This document shows, in pieces, positions 19,121-29,316 of a stretch of DNA of 58,540 bases (within the stretch, counting starts at the first letter, position 1; each line of letters starts with the position of its first letter). A model generated the notes under the pieces. The model was given only the letters and a program-made list of their open reading frames with translations, was not told where the DNA came from and did not search any database. Source of the DNA: an uncultured Oscillibacter sp. Lineage in GTDB: Bacteria; Bacillota; Clostridia; Oscillospirales; Oscillospiraceae. The stretch covers positions 1 to 58,540 of the forward strand of contig CATNDT010000002.1 in NCBI GenBank assembly GCA_950097035.1, written 5' to 3'. The position numbers and the translations under genes were made by a program.

Positions 19121-19240
19121 ATGATCTCTCCTTTTCCACAGGGCGGAAAAAGCCGGATCGGAACGACTTCCGACCCATCTTTTTCTGCTCGGTGCGTTCG
19201 TTTATTAAAGGCATACTCTTTCGCTGCGCCGCATAGGATC

Positions 19241-19507
19241 TTACAGCACCAGCTCTCCGCTCTCCGCCCGCCTCTGCAGTGTGAGTGGGTTCAGCTGGCT
19301 CAAATAGACGATTTGGGAGTGGTAGGGATGATCGCAGACCACAAAGGACCTGGGGATATCTCCCGAAATATCCACCACCACGCCCTCCCTCCCGGCGGAG
19401 AACAGGTAGTCCCGGGTGCGCCTGGAGACAGAGCACTTGTCCATGTCAAATATTCCTATGACCCGGCGGTCGGGAACAATCTCGTTTTGGCCCAGGTGCA
19501 GATACAT
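19241..19507 (-). CDS. remB: DUF370/RemB-family protein
   Basis: MYLHLG..VIGIFD..PRSFVV..VYLSQL..TL; standard position between recF and gyrB. Confidence 0.85.
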   Translation of the reverse strand: MYLHLGQNEIVPDRRVIGIFDMDKCSVSRRTRDYLFSAGREGVVVDISGDIPRSFVVCDHPYHSQIVYLSQLNPLTLQRRAESGELVL

Positions 19508-19519
19508 GGTCCACCTCTC

Positions 19520-20623
19520 TCATAAAATGGCGCCGCCCGCCACATGAAATACCTTGCCCCCCAGCAGCTTGGGCAGCCGGTCATCCTCGCAGCAGGTGAT
19601 AAAGACCTGCCCGCCGCCAATGCGGTTCAGCACAAATTCCTGCCGCCGCGGGTCCAGCTCAGACAGCACGTCGTCCAGCAGCAGTACCGGATACTCCCCC
19701 ACAACGTTTTTGTAGATCTCCCGCTCCGCCAGCTTCATGGCCAGCGCCGCCGTGCGGGTCTGGCCCTGGGAGGCATACTGCTTGGCCTCCCGCCCGTTGA
19801 TGCGCACCAGCAGGTCGTCCTTATGGGGACCGGACAGGCACAGCCGGGACGCCCGCTCCGCCGCCTGGTGGGATTCCATATGCTCCCGCAGCTGCTCTGT
19901 AAGCACCGGCAGGTCTGCCGCCGGGTCCAACACGGAGGATACGGTCTGATACTGTATCTCCAGCATCTCCCTTCCACCGGAGCACTCCCGGTGGTGAAGC
20001 GCGGCGTACTCGTTCAGCCGCAGGGCAAACTGCTGGCGGTAGTGGATCAGCACCGCGCCGAACCGAACCAGGCGCTCGTTAAACTCAGGCAGAGTCTCCA
20101 ACAGATCCGGCCGCTCCTCACAGTCCCGGAGAATACGGGTCTTGTGCTCATAGACCCGGTTGTACTCACACAGCGCGGCGGCGTACCGGGGCCGCAGCTG
20201 ACAGAGGGCGGTGTCCATAAATTTCCGCCTGGCGGCGGCCCCCTCCCGGATTAAAAACAGATCCTCAGGGCAGAAAAACACAGTTTGATAAACCTCGCTC
20301 AAGGCCTCGCTGCTTTTTGCAGGTACCTGGTTCACCGTCATCTTCCGTCTTCTTCCCCGAAAGAGATCCACCTGTACGGAAAACTCCCGCGTTCGGGCGA
20401 AGATCCTGCCGGTCATACGGGCCGAGGGCGCGTCAAATCCGATCATCTGCCGGTCCGTCCGCGCCCGGGGCGATTTTCCGCAGGAGAGATAGACCAGCGA
20501 CTCTAAAAGATTGGTCTTCCCCTGGGCGTTCTCCCCGAAAATCACGTTGCACCGGGCGTCAAAATCCGCAGCCAAACAGCCGTAATTCCGAAAATTTTCC
20601 AGTTCAAGGCGCTCAACTTGCAT
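19520..20623 (-). CDS. recF: DNA replication/repair protein RecF
   Basis: [38 protein letters not shown]. Confidence 0.97.
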   Translation of the reverse strand: MQVERLELENFRNYGCLAADFDARCNVIFGENAQGKTNLLESLVYLSCGKSPRARTDRQMIGFDAPSARMTGRIFARTREFSVQVDLFRGRRRKMTVNQVPAKSSEALSEVYQTVFFCPEDLFLIREGAAARRKFMDTALCQLRPRYAAALCEYNRVYEHKTRILRDCEERPDLLETLPEFNERLVRFGAVLIHYRQQFALRLNEYAALHHRECSGGREMLEIQYQTVSSVLDPAADLPVLTEQLREHMESHQAAERASRLCLSGPHKDDLLVRINGREAKQYASQGQTRTAALAMKLAEREIYKNVVGEYPVLLLDDVLSELDPRRQEFVLNRIGGGQVFITCCEDDRLPKLLGGKVFHVAGGAIL

Positions 20624-20828
20624 ACTCTACCGTGTAATGCGCCCCCGCAAAGCACACGTCGTCTCCCGGCCGCAGCTTTTTTCCCCGCATGGTGCAGATC
20701 TCCCCGTTGACCGTTACCTCACCGGATTGAATCCGCTCCTTTGCCTCGCCGCCGGTCTCCACAAGATTTGCAAATTTTAAAAGGTCCTGGAGCCTGATAA
20801 ACTCCGTGCTGATCTCGATCACTTTCAT
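20613..20828 (-). CDS. yaaA: S4-domain RNA-binding protein YaaA
   Basis: [25 protein letters not shown]; lies between dnaN and recF. Confidence 0.93.
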   Translation of the reverse strand: MKVIEISTEFIRLQDLLKFANLVETGGEAKERIQSGEVTVNGEICTMRGKKLRPGDDVCFAGAHYTVEYAS

Positions 20829-20839
20829 AGAGATACCCT

Positions 20840-21958
20840 TTACTGGTCGGAATTTTTCAGCCGTACCGGCAATACCATGTACAGGAAGCTGTCGCTGTCA
20901 TCCGTCGGCACGATAATGGCGGGAGATACGCCGGTGTTCAGCTCAATCTTTACCGTGTCGGCCGGCGCATAGCGCAGAGCTTCCATCAGATAGCGGTTGT
21001 TAAAGCCGATCTCCAACCCGCCGCCGTCGCCGGTGAGGCGGCACACATCCTTGGATTCCCCATTCCCGGTCTTGGCGGAGAGCAGTACCTTATCGTGGTC
21101 AAACATACAGCGAACCGGGCTTTTCAGCTTATCCGAGATCACAACGGAGACCCGGTCGATACTCTCGATCAGGGATTTTGTGTCCGCTATGACTGATACC
21201 GGATTCGTCCGGGGAATGGCGTTTTTATAGTCCAGAAACTCTCCCTCCAGCCGGCGGCAGATCAGCTCTGTGTCGCCCACCTCAAAGAGGATGTGCCGCT
21301 TGCCCAGCGTGACGGAGGCGGTATCCTCCGTATCGCCGCAGATGCTCTTTACCTCGTTGAGGGCGGTACCGGGCGCCACAAACGAAAACGCGCCGCCGGA
21401 CAGCTGCTCCAGGGATTCCCGGCGAACTGCCAGACGGAACCCGTCTACCGCGACCACGGTAAGCCCCTTTTCGCTTACCTCAAAAAGCGCGCCGGTGTGG
21501 ATGGGGCGGCTCTCGTTGGTGGAGACGGCAAAGGCTGTCTCCTCAATCATAGACCGCAGCGTCTTCTGCCGGATCGAGATGGAGTACTCGTCCTCCACCT
21601 CAGGCAGATCCGGATAATCCGTGGCCGGCAGGCCGGAGATGTCAAAGTCCGCGTCTCCGCAGCTTAAATGCACGGTCTGCCGGTCGTCGGCGGTGAAGGT
21701 GACCATATCGTCAGGCATCCGGCGGATGATATCGCCGAAAAGACGGGCGTTCAATACGATATCTCCTCCTTCCGAAATGGCGGCGGAGACCTGTGTGCGG
21801 ATACCGGTATTCATATTGTAGCCGGAGATGGTGAGGGTGTCGCCGGCGTGGAGAAGAAGCCCCTCCAGAGCGGGGATGGAGCTTTTCGGCGCCACTGCGC
21901 GGCTGGAAACTGCGATAGCACTTTGCAGCAGTGCCTTTTCACAGGAAAATTTAATCAT
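20840..21958 (-). CDS. dnaN: DNA polymerase III beta sliding clamp
   Basis: [31 protein letters not shown]. Start moved to the ATG of MIKFSCEK. Confidence 0.97.
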   Translation of the reverse strand: MIKFSCEKALLQSAIAVSSRAVAPKSSIPALEGLLLHAGDTLTISGYNMNTGIRTQVSAAISEGGDIVLNARLFGDIIRRMPDDMVTFTADDRQTVHLSCGDADFDISGLPATDYPDLPEVEDEYSISIRQKTLRSMIEETAFAVSTNESRPIHTGALFEVSEKGLTVVAVDGFRLAVRRESLEQLSGGAFSFVAPGTALNEVKSICGDTEDTASVTLGKRHILFEVGDTELICRRLEGEFLDYKNAIPRTNPVSVIADTKSLIESIDRVSVVISDKLKSPVRCMFDHDKVLLSAKTGNGESKDVCRLTGDGGGLEIGFNNRYLMEALRYAPADTVKIELNTGVSPAIIVPTDDSDSFLYMVLPVRLKNSDQ

Positions 21959-22206
21959 AGGAGAGATGTCCTTTCGGTTAAAATAGGGCAGAGGGGTTTT
22001 AAAAAATAAAATAAAATAAAATATTGTCAGTATCAGTAGCCGTAGAGCGAAAAGATGTGGAGAGACGGGAATTTCCCTTGGGAGAGAAGAGGTTGGGGTT
22101 CCACAGGGATAAGCGGATTTTTTCACAGAATCCCCATTTTCCGGGAAAAGGGAGCAATCTCCACATGAATTTTTTCTTTTTCCACGAAAAATGTGGAAAA
22201 GACAGG
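21959..22206. other. Replication origin oriC (dnaA-dnaN intergenic part with unwinding element)
   Basis: Six DnaA-box-like 9-mers (starting at 22056, 22097, 22119, 22157, 22178, 22192). On the minus strand they are followed by TAC-repeat DnaA-trio-like sequence (CTACGGCTACTGATACTGAC) and an A/T-only tract at 21997-22025. Confidence 0.85.
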
Positions 22207-23520
22207 TTATCTTCTTGTGTTGATATTGGTCTTGAGTTCCTTTACTTTTTCGGCGTATGACGGGTCCCGCTTCATCTTGTCCTCTACCCGCTGGATAGAG
22301 TAGAGAACGGTGGAGTGGTCCCGATTGTCGAAGACCTTTCCGATGTCCACCACAGAGAGGTTGGTCATGGAGCGGATGAGATACATGGCGATTTGCCGGG
22401 CCTGCACGGCGTCCCGCACTCTCTGCTGGCCGCGGATGAGGGATTCTTCCACGCCGTAGTACTTGCTGATGTAGTCCAGAATCGCCTCCGGTGTTGGGAT
22501 ATACTCGCTGCTGCGGAGAATATCCTGAATGGCGCGGTTCACAATGTCCTCGTCCGCCTCGTTGCCCAGCAGATCCTTGTAGGCCAGAAGCTTATTGACG
22601 ATGCCCTCCAGCTGGCGGACGTTGGCGGTGACCTTTGTGGCGATGGTAAAGGCGATTTTGTCGGAGACGTTCATGCCCAGCAGGGCGGCTTTGTTTTTTA
22701 TAATGGCCACCCGGGTTTCAAAATCGGGTGGAGCCACGTCTACCAGAAGTCCCCACTCGAACCGGGTGCGGAGACGGTCGTCCAGCAGCGTCATTTCTGA
22801 GGGGGGACGGTCTGAGGTGAGCACGATCTGGCGGCCGGACTCGTAGAGAGTGTTGAAGGTGTGGAAGAATTCGTTTTGGACCTGCTCCTTGCCGGCCACA
22901 AACTGCACGTCGTCCACCAGCAGAAGGTCCGCCTCCCGGTATTTGGCCCGGAATTCGTTGCCCCGATTGGAGCGGACCAGCTCGATAAATTCGTTGATAA
23001 AGTCGTCGCCCTTGATGTAGACGATTTTAGATTGGGGGTCGTCCCTGCGGATGACGTTTGCAATGGAGTTTAGGAGATGGGTCTTTCCAAGGCCCGACTC
23101 CCCGTAGATCAGGAGGGGATTGTAGTTTTGCGCCGGATGCTCCGCCACGGCTCTGGAGGCCGCGTAGGCCAGCTTGTTGGAAGGGCCCACCACGAAGGTC
23201 TCAAAGGTGAACTCCTCTGAGGTAAACCGGTCCTCTTTCTTTTTGGGGGTATTGCCGTAAAATTCGGCGAGGCCGGTGTCGTCTAAAATGCGGACCTCAA
23301 ACTCTGTTGAGAAGATGTCCAGCAGGGCGCCCTTGATATTTTTCAGAAACAGGGATTCAATATAGCCCTTTTTGAAATCGTTGGCGCAGTGGAGTAAAAA
23401 AACGTTCCCCCGGATATCCACGGCCTCCAGTTCGTCAAACCAGGTGGCGATGGTGGTTTCCGAGAGGTCCCGCTTCATCTGTGTGAGAACGTTGTTCCAC
23501 ACGTCGGCGACTGAATTCAA
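22207..23520 (-). CDS. dnaA: Chromosomal replication initiator DnaA
   Basis: YNPLLIYGESGLGKTHL, LLVDDVQF, EFFHTFN, RLRTRFEWG, RDHSTV. TTG start with RBS GAGAGGTG. Promoter TTGCCA-N17-TATAAT at 23598-23626. Confidence 0.98.
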   Translation of the reverse strand: MNSVADVWNNVLTQMKRDLSETTIATWFDELEAVDIRGNVFLLHCANDFKKGYIESLFLKNIKGALLDIFSTEFEVRILDDTGLAEFYGNTPKKKEDRFTSEEFTFETFVVGPSNKLAYAASRAVAEHPAQNYNPLLIYGESGLGKTHLLNSIANVIRRDDPQSKIVYIKGDDFINEFIELVRSNRGNEFRAKYREADLLLVDDVQFVAGKEQVQNEFFHTFNTLYESGRQIVLTSDRPPSEMTLLDDRLRTRFEWGLLVDVAPPDFETRVAIIKNKAALLGMNVSDKIAFTIATKVTANVRQLEGIVNKLLAYKDLLGNEADEDIVNRAIQDILRSSEYIPTPEAILDYISKYYGVEESLIRGQQRVRDAVQARQIAMYLIRSMTNLSVVDIGKVFDNRDHSTVLYSIQRVEDKMKRDPSYAEKVKELKTNINTRR

Positions 23521-23770
23521 GAAGAAACACCTCTCTTTGCGGCTCATTTTTCATATGAGACCGATTCTCGTTAAAAATGGACAAAATAATACACTTCATT
23601 ATAGCAAAAAAAGCAAAGAGTGGCAATACCTATTCTAATATAAAAGTTCAAAAAATATTGTTGGAAAAGGCGCAAGATTTAGATTTTGTTTGTGGAATAT
23701 ACGCTATATATAGAAAATCTTCGAAAAATGGAGAAAAAGACCAGAATTTCAGGGAAATTTGAAGTTAATC

Positions 23771-23799
23771 TTGACACCTTTTGAAAAAGAAGGTATACT
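23771..23799 (+). promoter_or_regulatory. Sigma-A promoter of the rpmH operon
   Basis: TTGACA-N17-TATACT. Confidence 0.8.
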
Positions 23800-23935
23800 A
23801 TCCAATGCGCCTTAAAAGGCGCGTAAAAATGTTTACTGCGCCGCTTTTTTAAAGAAGAGCGGTGTCGAGTAAGCGCCGCACCGGGGAGCTGCAAGGTCCC
23901 TGGCCGGACGCAATTTTAACAGGAGGTGTCTCAGC

Positions 23936-24076
23936 ATGGCTACGAAACGTACCTATCAGCCCAAGAAGCTCCATGGCCAGAAGGTCCACGGCTTCCGCAA
24001 GAGAATGGCTACCGCTAACGGCCGCAAGGTTTTGGCCCGCCGCCGCGCCAAGGGCCGCGCACGTCTTTCCTATTAA
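23936..24076 (+). CDS. rpmH: 50S ribosomal protein L34
   Basis: Hand translation: [46 protein letters not shown] (46 aa); RBS AGGAGGTG. Below the ORF-track cut-off. Confidence 0.98.
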   Translation: MATKRTYQPKKLHGQKVHGFRKRMATANGRKVLARRRAKGRARLSY

Positions 24077-24181
24077 GCAGAATGTGCGGGAGACACTTGA
24101 ACAACGTCTTCAGGGACGGTTGGAATTTTTGGGATTCCTCCGTCCCTAAAAGAGTTTTTGTTCAGGGAGGTTAGGGATCAT

Positions 24182-24526
24182 ATGAAAAAAGCGGCGACTT
24201 TGAAGGAGAACTATGAATTTCGCCGGGTCTATCAAAGAGGTGCGACGGCTGTGGGCGGCGGTATGGTGATCTACTGCCGGAAGAACAGACTGGGCCGCAA
24301 CCGCCTGGGGATCACCGCCTCTGTAAAGATCGGCAACGCGGTTACAAGAAACCGTGCCCGCCGGAGGCTTCGGGAGATCTATCGCCTGCAGGGGGACAAG
24401 CTGAAAAAGGGCTATGATATCATTCTGGTGGCCCGTGGGCGGACGGCGGCGGTTTCCTGGCAGGAGCTGAACGACGGTTTCTTCCGTCTGTGCCGGAAGC
24501 TGGACCTCTGGGAGGTAGAGCCGTGA
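24182..24526 (+). CDS. rnpA: Ribonuclease P protein component
   Basis: [35 protein letters not shown]. Confidence 0.97.
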   Translation: MKKAATLKENYEFRRVYQRGATAVGGGMVIYCRKNRLGRNRLGITASVKIGNAVTRNRARRRLREIYRLQGDKLKKGYDIILVARGRTAAVSWQELNDGFFRLCRKLDLWEVEP

Positions 24527-24732
24527 GAGGAATTCTGACAGGCTTGATCCGGTTTTACCAAAAGGCGGTTTCGCCCTATCGCCCCCGCTGCTGCAATTAT
24601 ATTCCCACCTGCTCCCAATATGCGCTGGAGGCCATTGAAAAATACGGCGCCTTAAAGGGCGGATGGATGGCTTTCAGACGTATTCTGCGCTGTAATCCCT
24701 TCCATAAGGGAGGGTATGATCCCGTTCCCTGA
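24523..24732 (+). CDS. yidD: Membrane protein insertion efficiency factor YidD
   Basis: [38 protein letters not shown] start overlaps the rnpA stop. Confidence 0.95.
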   Translation: MRGILTGLIRFYQKAVSPYRPRCCNYIPTCSQYALEAIEKYGALKGGWMAFRRILRCNPFHKGGYDPVP

Positions 24733-24795
24733 CGGGGGAGGGGAGAGACGGACCCCACAGTTCCGGCCCTATCTACGATTTGGAGGACACGGCTT

Positions 24796-25950
24796 ATGTT
24801 TTCAACCATAGGATACTTTATCTGTATCCCGTTCGCGGCGCTGCTGCGGATTTTTTACAATTTAACGGGTTCCTACGGCCTGTCTCTGATCTTCTTTACG
24901 CTGGTCATCAAGCTGGTGCTGCTTCCCTTCCAGATGAAGTCCAAGAAGAGCATGGTGCGAATGAACCGGATGTCCGGAAAGATACAGGAGATTCAGAAGA
25001 AATACTCCAATAACCAGATGAAGATGAACGAGGAGATGCAGAAGTTCTACGCCGAGGAGGGCATTAATCCCATGAGCGGGTGCCTGTGGAGCTTTTTGCC
25101 AATGCCCATCATCATCGCCCTGTACTACATTATCCGAGAGCCCATCGTCTACTTTATGAATTTTGGCGGCCGGGCGGCCAATCTGGAGGTTCTGCAGAAG
25201 GCCAAGGATGTGGTCACCTCTCTGGGTCTTGGGTGGACCACCGTGCGGGACGGTGTGGACGGAGCCTATGCCCAGATCGAAATCGTTCAGCACATTTCAA
25301 CTAACATCAACACCCCCGCCGTGCAGAATTTTCTGGCGGAAAATCCCAATTGGGTGAATGTGGACTATCACTTTTTGGGGATGGATCTCACCGTCATGCC
25401 CAAAGACGCCTTTGGAGCCCTGCGCAACGGCGTCACTGTGGCAATGGTGGGTATTATCCTGATTCCCATCCTCTCCGGTCTTTTGAGCTTTTTGCTCAGC
25501 AAGGTGTCGATGGCCGGCAGTCAGAATCAGGGCGCTGCCGCTGCCAGCAATCGGAGCATGATGATTATGATGCCCCTGTTTTCCGTCTATATCTACTTTA
25601 TCCTGCCCGCCGCTCTCGGCGTGTACTGGATCGCCCAGGGTGCGTTTTCCATTGTCCAGGAGGCAATTCTCGGAAAGTTCTATACCAGGCGGCTGGAAGA
25701 GGAGGAAAACGCCCGCTTTGAGGCCAGGGAGGCCGACCGGAAACGGCGGATGGAAGAGGCGAAGGAGCTGCAGGAGAAGCAGCGGCAGCAGGCGGCGCAA
25801 AAGAAGTCTTTAAAGGAAAAGCGAATGGAAGCCCAGGAGGCAAAGGGCAAAAAGAAAAAGCCCAGTACCACGGAAGCGGGCCGGGTGGGCGATCGCCCCT
25901 ATGCCCGCGGCCGCTCTTACAGGGAAGACCGCTATGATACGGAGGATTGA
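24796..25950 (+). CDS. yidC: Membrane protein insertase YidC/Oxa1
   Basis: YGLSLIFFTLVIKLVLLP, NPMSGCL, PAALGVYW; conserved gene context. Confidence 0.95.
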   Translation: MFSTIGYFICIPFAALLRIFYNLTGSYGLSLIFFTLVIKLVLLPFQMKSKKSMVRMNRMSGKIQEIQKKYSNNQMKMNEEMQKFYAEEGINPMSGCLWSFLPMPIIIALYYIIREPIVYFMNFGGRAANLEVLQKAKDVVTSLGLGWTTVRDGVDGAYAQIEIVQHISTNINTPAVQNFLAENPNWVNVDYHFLGMDLTVMPKDAFGALRNGVTVAMVGIILIPILSGLLSFLLSKVSMAGSQNQGAAAASNRSMMIMMPLFSVYIYFILPAALGVYWIAQGAFSIVQEAILGKFYTRRLEEEENARFEAREADRKRRMEEAKELQEKQRQQAAQKKSLKEKRMEAQEAKGKKKKPSTTEAGRVGDRPYARGRSYREDRYDTED

Positions 25951-25958
25951 AAGCCGTT

Positions 25959-26810
25959 ATGAGAGCATTTATCGATGTAACGGGCAAAACGGAGGATGAG
26001 GCCGTCAGCAAAGCTCTGGCGCAGCTGGGCCTTGACCGGGATGACGTGTCCGTGGAGATTTTAGAGCGCGCAAAGTCCGGCTTTTTAGGGATCGGCAGCA
26101 GTCCCGCCAGAGTGCGGGTCTACCACGGACCGGAGGAGGAGATTCCGGCTGTGCCTGAGGTGAAGGCCGAGAAGAAGCCGGAGGCAAAACCGGAGCAGCC
26201 CCGCCGGGAAAAGCCCAGGGAAAAAACGCCTGCAGAAAAAGCGGAAAAAAGGGTGGAGCGGAAAGAGGACAGGCCGCCCGTTCCCAAGGCGGAGACCGGT
26301 CAGAAGGTTCAGCCCGCTCCTGTGCAGGAGCTGGGCGAGGAGGTAGACGACGAAAAGGCCCAGGCGATCCGCACCTTCCTTAAAGGCCTTTTGGAGCATA
26401 TGGAGTGCTCTGCGGAGATCCGTGTGTATCAGCCGGAAAAGGGCCGCTACAAGGTGATCCTGGAGGGGAAACAGATGGGTGCGCTGATCGGCCGTCGAGG
26501 GGAAACCCTGGACGCGATTCAGCAGTTGACCAGTTATTCCGTCAATCGCTCCGGCGGCGGCCGGGTCCGGGTTCAGCTGGACGCCGAGGGATATCGGGAA
26601 AAGAGAGAGCAGAGTTTGCAGCACCTGGCGCGAAAGGTTGCTGGCAAGGTGACCAAGTACCGCCGCAGCGTTACTCTGGAGCCCATGAACGCCTATGAGC
26701 GCCATGTGATTCACACGGCGCTGCAGGACGTGCCGGGAGTGACCACCTACTCCACCGGCATGGAGCCTAACCGGCGGGTCATCGTTGCCTACGACCGGAC
26801 GAAAGTCTGA
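25959..26810 (+). CDS. jag: RNA-binding protein Jag/KhpB/EloR
   Basis: Jag_N domain (GKTEDEAV..KSGFLGIG), KH domain (LIGRRGETLDAIQ), R3H domain (PMNAYERHVIH). Confidence 0.95.
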   Translation: MRAFIDVTGKTEDEAVSKALAQLGLDRDDVSVEILERAKSGFLGIGSSPARVRVYHGPEEEIPAVPEVKAEKKPEAKPEQPRREKPREKTPAEKAEKRVERKEDRPPVPKAETGQKVQPAPVQELGEEVDDEKAQAIRTFLKGLLEHMECSAEIRVYQPEKGRYKVILEGKQMGALIGRRGETLDAIQQLTSYSVNRSGGGRVRVQLDAEGYREKREQSLQHLARKVAGKVTKYRRSVTLEPMNAYERHVIHTALQDVPGVTTYSTGMEPNRRVIVAYDRTKV

Positions 26811-26919
26811 TAAGAAGCCCTTTTGGAAGGAGGTCTGCAAAGGCCTCTTTCCTTTTTTCTGTTTTTGTGTTACACTGTGTGCGTCGACTGCAGCAGTATT
26901 TTGGAGGTGGGTATGAGAG

Positions 26920-28137
26920 GTGGATATCAGGCGGTTTTTAATGGCGGCACTGGCCGCTTTTCTATGCAGCGGGCTGGCGTCCTGCGGTGTGGGAGGGGAT
27001 GTGGAGGAATTTCCCTCCGCCCCGCCTGAAGCGGCGGTTTTGGAAGAAGTCAAACCGGATTCTGTTGATCTGCCTGACCCGCCGGAGCCCACAGAGGAGG
27101 ATCTTGCGGCGGCGCGGATTGAGGATTTACTGTCCTCTATGACGCTGGAGGAAAAGGTGGGACAGCTGTTTTTCGCCCGCTGTCCGGCAGGCGGCGCCGT
27201 GGAGGATGTGTCCGCCTGTCATCTGGGGGGCTATCTGCTTTTTGGCCGGGACTTTCAGACAGGCGGCGGAAGCTGGCTGACAGCGGAGCAGTTTACAGAG
27301 AAAATTGAGAGCTACCAGGCCGCCGCCCGCATCCCTCTTCTGATCGGTGTGGACGAGGAGGGGGGCACGGTGGTTCGGGCCAGCCGGAACCCAAACCTGT
27401 TTCCCGGCGGAAAGTGCAGATCTCCCCAGTGGCTGCTTGCCCATGGGGAAGAGGATGCCTTTGCTGAGGACGCCCGGGAGAAAAACGGACTTTTACTGAG
27501 CTATGGGATCAATGTAAACCTGGCTCCGGTCTGTGATGTGTCCACAGCGCCCGGCGGCTTTATCTACGACCGCACCCTGGGACAGGATGCCCGGACCACG
27601 GCGGACTATGTGGGGCGTGTGGTGAAGACGATGGGGGATCTTCCCATCGGCAGTGTGTTAAAGCACTTTCCCGGCTATGGGGATAATGCGGACACCCACA
27701 CCGGCATCGCCGTGGATGACCGCCCTTTGGAGCAGTTTACTGACGCCGATTTTTTGCCCTTCCGGGCGGGGATCGCGGCGGGAGGCGGTACGGCCGCTGT
27801 GCTGGTATCCCACAATATTGTGCGCTGCATGGACGCGGAGCTGCCCGCCTCTTTGTCCCCGGCGGTGCACAAAATTCTTCGGGAGACCCTGGAGTTTAAC
27901 GGTGTGGTGATGACCGACGATTTGGATATGGGGGCTCTGGCGGCCTATGGCAGGGCCGGCCTTACGGCAGTGGCGGCTCTGGAGGCTGGGAATGACCTCT
28001 TGATCACGGCGGACTACCGAACCGGTATTGAAATGGTTCTGGCGGCTGTGGAGAACGGCGGTCTTTCAGAGGCGGCTGTGGAGAATGCGTGCCGCCGGGT
28101 GTTGACGTGGAAGCAGGCCCTGGGTCTGATTCCGTGA
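26920..28137 (+). CDS. GH3 beta-N-acetylhexosaminidase (NagZ-like) lipoprotein
   Basis: Lipobox LASC; LEEKVGQL, DEEGG.V.R, KHFPGYG..DTH, TDDLDMGA. Confidence 0.9.
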   Translation: MDIRRFLMAALAAFLCSGLASCGVGGDVEEFPSAPPEAAVLEEVKPDSVDLPDPPEPTEEDLAAARIEDLLSSMTLEEKVGQLFFARCPAGGAVEDVSACHLGGYLLFGRDFQTGGGSWLTAEQFTEKIESYQAAARIPLLIGVDEEGGTVVRASRNPNLFPGGKCRSPQWLLAHGEEDAFAEDAREKNGLLLSYGINVNLAPVCDVSTAPGGFIYDRTLGQDARTTADYVGRVVKTMGDLPIGSVLKHFPGYGDNADTHTGIAVDDRPLEQFTDADFLPFRAGIAAGGGTAAVLVSHNIVRCMDAELPASLSPAVHKILRETLEFNGVVMTDDLDMGALAAYGRAGLTAVAALEAGNDLLITADYRTGIEMVLAAVENGGLSEAAVENACRRVLTWKQALGLIP

Positions 28138-28156
28138 GGAAAGGGAGGCGTGTTTT

Positions 28157-29305
28157 ATGGAGACAGTAAAGCTTTACGAGCAGGACCCCTGTCTGCGGGA
28201 ATTTACCGCCACGGTCCTCTCCTGCGAGGCGGCGGAGAGCGCCTGGCAGGTGACAGTAGACCGCACCGCTTTTTTTCCGGAGGGCGGGGGACAGCCTGCG
28301 GACCGCGGTACGCTGGGGGCGGCGCAGGTGCTGGACGTACATGCGAGGGGCGGCGTGGTCTTCCACACCTGTGACCGCCCTTTGGAGATTGGGGCGAAGA
28401 CTCTGGGAGAGGTGGACTGGGACCGCCGGTTTGACCATATGCAGCAGCACTCCGGGGAGCATATACTCTCCGGAATCCTCTGTGCGGACTATCACTGCGA
28501 CAATGTGGGCTTTCACCTGGGGGCGGATGCGGTGACCATCGACTACAACGCCGTCATCTCCTGGGAACAGGCTCTGGAGGCGGAGCGAAAGGCCAATGAG
28601 ATTATCTGGGTGAACAGGGAGGTGGAGATTGCCTATCCCACCCCGGAGACTTTGGCCCAAATGGACTACCGCAGTAAAAAGGCCCTGACGGGGCAGGTGC
28701 GCATCGTCACCTTTCCCGGTGCGGACTGCTGTGCCTGCTGCGGTACCCATGTGACCCGGGCGGGGCAGGTGGGACTGGTAAAAGTCCTCTCCTGCCAGAA
28801 ATTTCGGGAGGGCGTCCGGTTGGAAATCCTCTGTGGCCGCCGGGCGCTGAACTACCTCTCCCAGGTTTATGACGGGGCCAGATCCGCCGCCCGGCGCCTC
28901 TCTGTGAAGCCCCAGAGTATCGACGGTGCCGTAGAGCGGCTGGAGATGGAGTTATCCAATCTGAAAGAGAGGGAGTCCTGTCTGGAGGAGCAGGTATTTG
29001 ACGCCATTGCGGCGGAAAATGCGGGGAGGGGAGATGTACTGCTGCTGCAGCCCTCCATGGGGCCGGACAGTGTGCGGCGGCTGGCGGATGCTGTGGCCCG
29101 GCGGTGCGGCGGCCTCGCGGCGGTGTTTGCCGGAGAGCAGGACCGCTATACCTATGCCTTGGTGCGGGCCGATGGGGGAGATATTTCCAGTTTTGTAAAG
29201 GAGCTGAATCGGGTGCTGCACGGCCGGGGCGGCGGAAGAAAGGGATTTGCCCAGGGCAGCATTCAGGCAAAGCAGTCGGAAATCACGGAGTTTTTCGCCG
29301 GATGA
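28157..29305 (+). CDS. Alanyl-tRNA editing protein (AlaX-L type)
   Basis: FFPEGGGQPAD.G, Zn-binding HSGEH and CCGTH, C-terminal GRGGG..FAQG. Confidence 0.92.
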   Translation: METVKLYEQDPCLREFTATVLSCEAAESAWQVTVDRTAFFPEGGGQPADRGTLGAAQVLDVHARGGVVFHTCDRPLEIGAKTLGEVDWDRRFDHMQQHSGEHILSGILCADYHCDNVGFHLGADAVTIDYNAVISWEQALEAERKANEIIWVNREVEIAYPTPETLAQMDYRSKKALTGQVRIVTFPGADCCACCGTHVTRAGQVGLVKVLSCQKFREGVRLEILCGRRALNYLSQVYDGARSAARRLSVKPQSIDGAVERLEMELSNLKERESCLEEQVFDAIAAENAGRGDVLLLQPSMGPDSVRRLADAVARRCGGLAAVFAGEQDRYTYALVRADGGDISSFVKELNRVLHGRGGGRKGFAQGSIQAKQSEITEFFAG

Positions 29306-29316
29306 GGAGGGACCCT

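Noticed and set aside
20840-23547. N-terminal extensions on dnaN and dnaA in the ORF track (likewise rimP, glyS, rsmG, parA, zapA, murT)
   Set aside because: These come from longest-ORF calling. Downstream starts fit the family N-termini and mostly have SD sequences or stop-start overlaps, and the dnaN extension runs through oriC.
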